A DNA stretch of 64,000 bases from Bryobacterales bacterium (lineage in GTDB: Bacteria > Acidobacteriota > Terriglobia > Bryobacterales > UBA6623). This document shows, in pieces, positions 61,854 through 64,000 of the stretch. Position 1 is the first letter of the stretch, and every line of letters begins with the position of its first letter. The notes under the pieces are model-generated. The model searched no databases. It saw only the letters and a list, made by a program, of their open reading frames with translations, and was not told where the DNA came from. The stretch spans positions 242,982-306,981 of the forward strand of contig CBDBIU010000003.1 in NCBI GenBank assembly GCA_965206025.1, in the 5' to 3' direction. The position numbers and the translations under genes are program-made.

Positions 61854-62373
61854 AACCTTCCCCCTCTCTGGCCGAACCGCCGGCACCCGAGCCATGCCCC
61901 GCCGGCCTCGTCCTATCCATCTACTAGATCCTCTCTTTAGAGATAGCACGGACGAGCTTCGTGCTCAGCGTAGCGGGAGATCGCGCGCCGGGCCATGCAG
62001 CTCGATTGGGTGGAAGCGCTTGGGATGGCGCGTTTGCGATCGAGGTGGACTTGGCTTCGCAACCTGGTGAGAAAAGCGAGTTGAAGGTTCCCCCACTCTC
62101 GTCGGTCGAGCGGGCTTTCGCGAGGGGGAGACCCTTCGTCCGGTGGCGCCGGGGTTGGGCGGACTGAATGAGCACCTCCCCTTCCATCTCGAAGCGTTCA
62201 ACAACCATTCCTTGACATCCCGCCCGAAGATCCATCAAGCTCTCGTTATTGACCCGCGCGATATGCCCCGCTTCGCCCCTCCTACTTGACTGGCTCACCT
62301 AGTGAGTGAGCTTGAATGCGACGCGGGACGGGATCCAACAAGGCTTCACCAGGAAGGGAACCAAGGATCAACG

Positions 62374-64000
62374 ATGACGACACCAAGGACGTTCGGCAGG
62401 AATGTGATTCTTCGACTGAGGGACGAAAAAGGCAAGGTGGAAAGCAACCGAGGCCCGGCGTCAGCGGACGGCCGACCCGTCGGCTTGCCCCGGCTCGTGC
62501 TCGTTTTGTGCTTGACCGCTGTTCTCTTCGCTAGCTTGCCGTCGATGCTCGCCGATTCCCACGGCGCCGAGGGGAAATTTATCGACCTTTCGCTCCTCGT
62601 CGCGGCCGAGTATCCAGCCACTTGGCCCACGATGCCCCTTTATCAGTTCAATCATTACCTGCGTATCGGGCCGGCCAGCGCCTATAACGTCGACATTCTG
62701 ACGATGGACCCGAACACAGGTACGCAGATCGATGTCCCGCCCCACTCCATTCCCAGGCCCAGCTTGAAGCTGCCCAACGCGGGGCCGCTCGGGTTGGCGT
62801 TCATGGACCAGATTCCGGCTTGGCAGTTCGCCGGCGAGGCCTGTGTCATTGATGTTCGGGAGCTGCGCGACAAAGGCGCCAACGGCCACAGCAGCCTGGT
62901 GCTGAAGAAACACATCCTGGCCTGGGAGAAAAAGCACCGTCCGCTTCGTTTCGGGGACGTCGTCCTGTTCCACAGTGGATATAGCGACGCGTATTTCAAG
63001 GCTTTTCCAGCCGGCCGGCGATTCGTTGCCGATCCCCTCCAAGGGGTGACTCCGGCATGGCCCGACCCTGCGCCCGAGGCCATGGATTACATCGGCAGCC
63101 GAGGCGCGATGGCGGCCGGCACCGACAGCCCTAGCATGGGGCCGATTCCGGATCTCGCCGAACCGAGCCACTACGCGGGTTTGAAGCACGGCATGCTCTG
63201 GACCGAGAGCGGGACCGGCTACGGCCAGCTCCCGCCCACCGGAGCCTTCTACTGCATGCTGGGGGCCAAGTTGGTCGACAGCCCCACCGCCGCGGCGCGA
63301 GCCTTTGCGATTGTCGGCGGGCCGGCGCGGCAGCTCATCGAGTCGGTTCGCAACAAGCACGCCGTGGACCTCTCGGTTCGCATGGCCCGGGGTCTGCCCC
63401 TTTCCTCGCCGGGCCGAGGCGTAGGGAACCTTCGACAGCCATTCCTCCCCATTGACATCGGGTACAACCAGGTCACCGGCGCGCAGAACCAAACTCATAC
63501 CATGGACGGGCACTCCGGCACGCACCTCGTGCCGCCGGCCTACGCCTTGCCCGCCGAGGGATTCGACAACAAAACCTATGCTTCCGAAGTCCAAGCGTGG
63601 CTGGCCGAGTATGAGAAGAAGTACGGCCCGCGAGGCGCCAGCGACGTCACCACGGAAAAGGTTCCTGTCTCGCAGACCTCCGGCTGGGCTCGGGTGATTA
63701 GTGTCAAAGGCCTGGTCGGCGGTACGAAGAGTAACAGTTGGCCGGCGTCGCCCGAAATCACGGTGGCCGCCATCAAGAAGTATGAAGAAGAAAACGGTGG
63801 CCTGAACGCCGGCGAGATCGTAATCTTCCACAGCGGCCATAGCGACGCGAATTGCAACGATGCCGACAAGGCCGACCCCTGCATGGCGGACCCGCTCAAC
63901 GGCAAGAGTGAAGGCTGGCCGGCGCCAGGGCCCGAGGCGATCATGTACCTGGCTAAGAAAGGTATCCGCTGCGTGGGGACCGACGGGCCCACGCTCGGCG
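62374..64000 (+). CDS. Cyclase-family (kynurenine formamidase-like) protein with two tandem domains; partial, start uncertain
   Basis: Open frame to the window end; FIDLS...WP, NTGTQIDVPPH, GTDSPS, second domain VDLS...HSGTHLVPP, GTDGPT. Confidence 0.82.
   Translation, partial: MTTPRTFGRNVILRLRDEKGKVESNRGPASADGRPVGLPRLVLVLCLTAVLFASLPSMLADSHGAEGKFIDLSLLVAAEYPATWPTMPLYQFNHYLRIGPASAYNVDILTMDPNTGTQIDVPPHSIPRPSLKLPNAGPLGLAFMDQIPAWQFAGEACVIDVRELRDKGANGHSSLVLKKHILAWEKKHRPLRFGDVVLFHSGYSDAYFKAFPAGRRFVADPLQGVTPAWPDPAPEAMDYIGSRGAMAAGTDSPSMGPIPDLAEPSHYAGLKHGMLWTESGTGYGQLPPTGAFYCMLGAKLVDSPTAAARAFAIVGGPARQLIESVRNKHAVDLSVRMARGLPLSSPGRGVGNLRQPFLPIDIGYNQVTGAQNQTHTMDGHSGTHLVPPAYALPAEGFDNKTYASEVQAWLAEYEKKYGPRGASDVTTEKVPVSQTSGWARVISVKGLVGGTKSNSWPASPEITVAAIKKYEEENGGLNAGEIVIFHSGHSDANCNDADKADPCMADPLNGKSEGWPAPGPEAIMYLAKKGIRCVGTDGPTLG

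Overview
High-GC bacterial window, probably Acidobacteriota/Bryobacterales-like (inferred from gene content only). 1-24.4 kb is an accessory island with phage-satellite-like remnants (AlpA/Xis-type HTH, primase-associated helicase with a downstream inverted repeat, HGGxSTG protein, XRE regulator) around a sulfatase-like/SGNH cargo cluster heavily disrupted by IS elements. One ~747-aa sulfatase-like gene can be rebuilt in frame from five pieces separated by four insertion blocks. A 456-bp non-coding ISL3-type MITE occurs in four near-identical copies with 8-bp target duplications, and an autonomous ISL3 sits inside the terminal repeat of one copy. 24.7-64 kb is mostly housekeeping and sugar-acid metabolism (M16 peptidase pair, histone H1-like protein, metX-metW, xylonate and altronate dehydratases, epimerases, pyrimidine nucleoside phosphorylase, LysW-like protein, MutS2, PLP decarboxylase, cyclase), with a second IS21 and a nested IS cluster. 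Features the ORF track misses include a probable ArsC-family selenoprotein (UxxC plus SECIS-like hairpin), a frameshifted PIN/VapC gene, a dispersed TA-flanked repeat family, structured 3' ends in two IS families, and an attI-like site next to a tRNA 3'-end fragment. No CRISPR array, rRNA or complete tRNA was seen.
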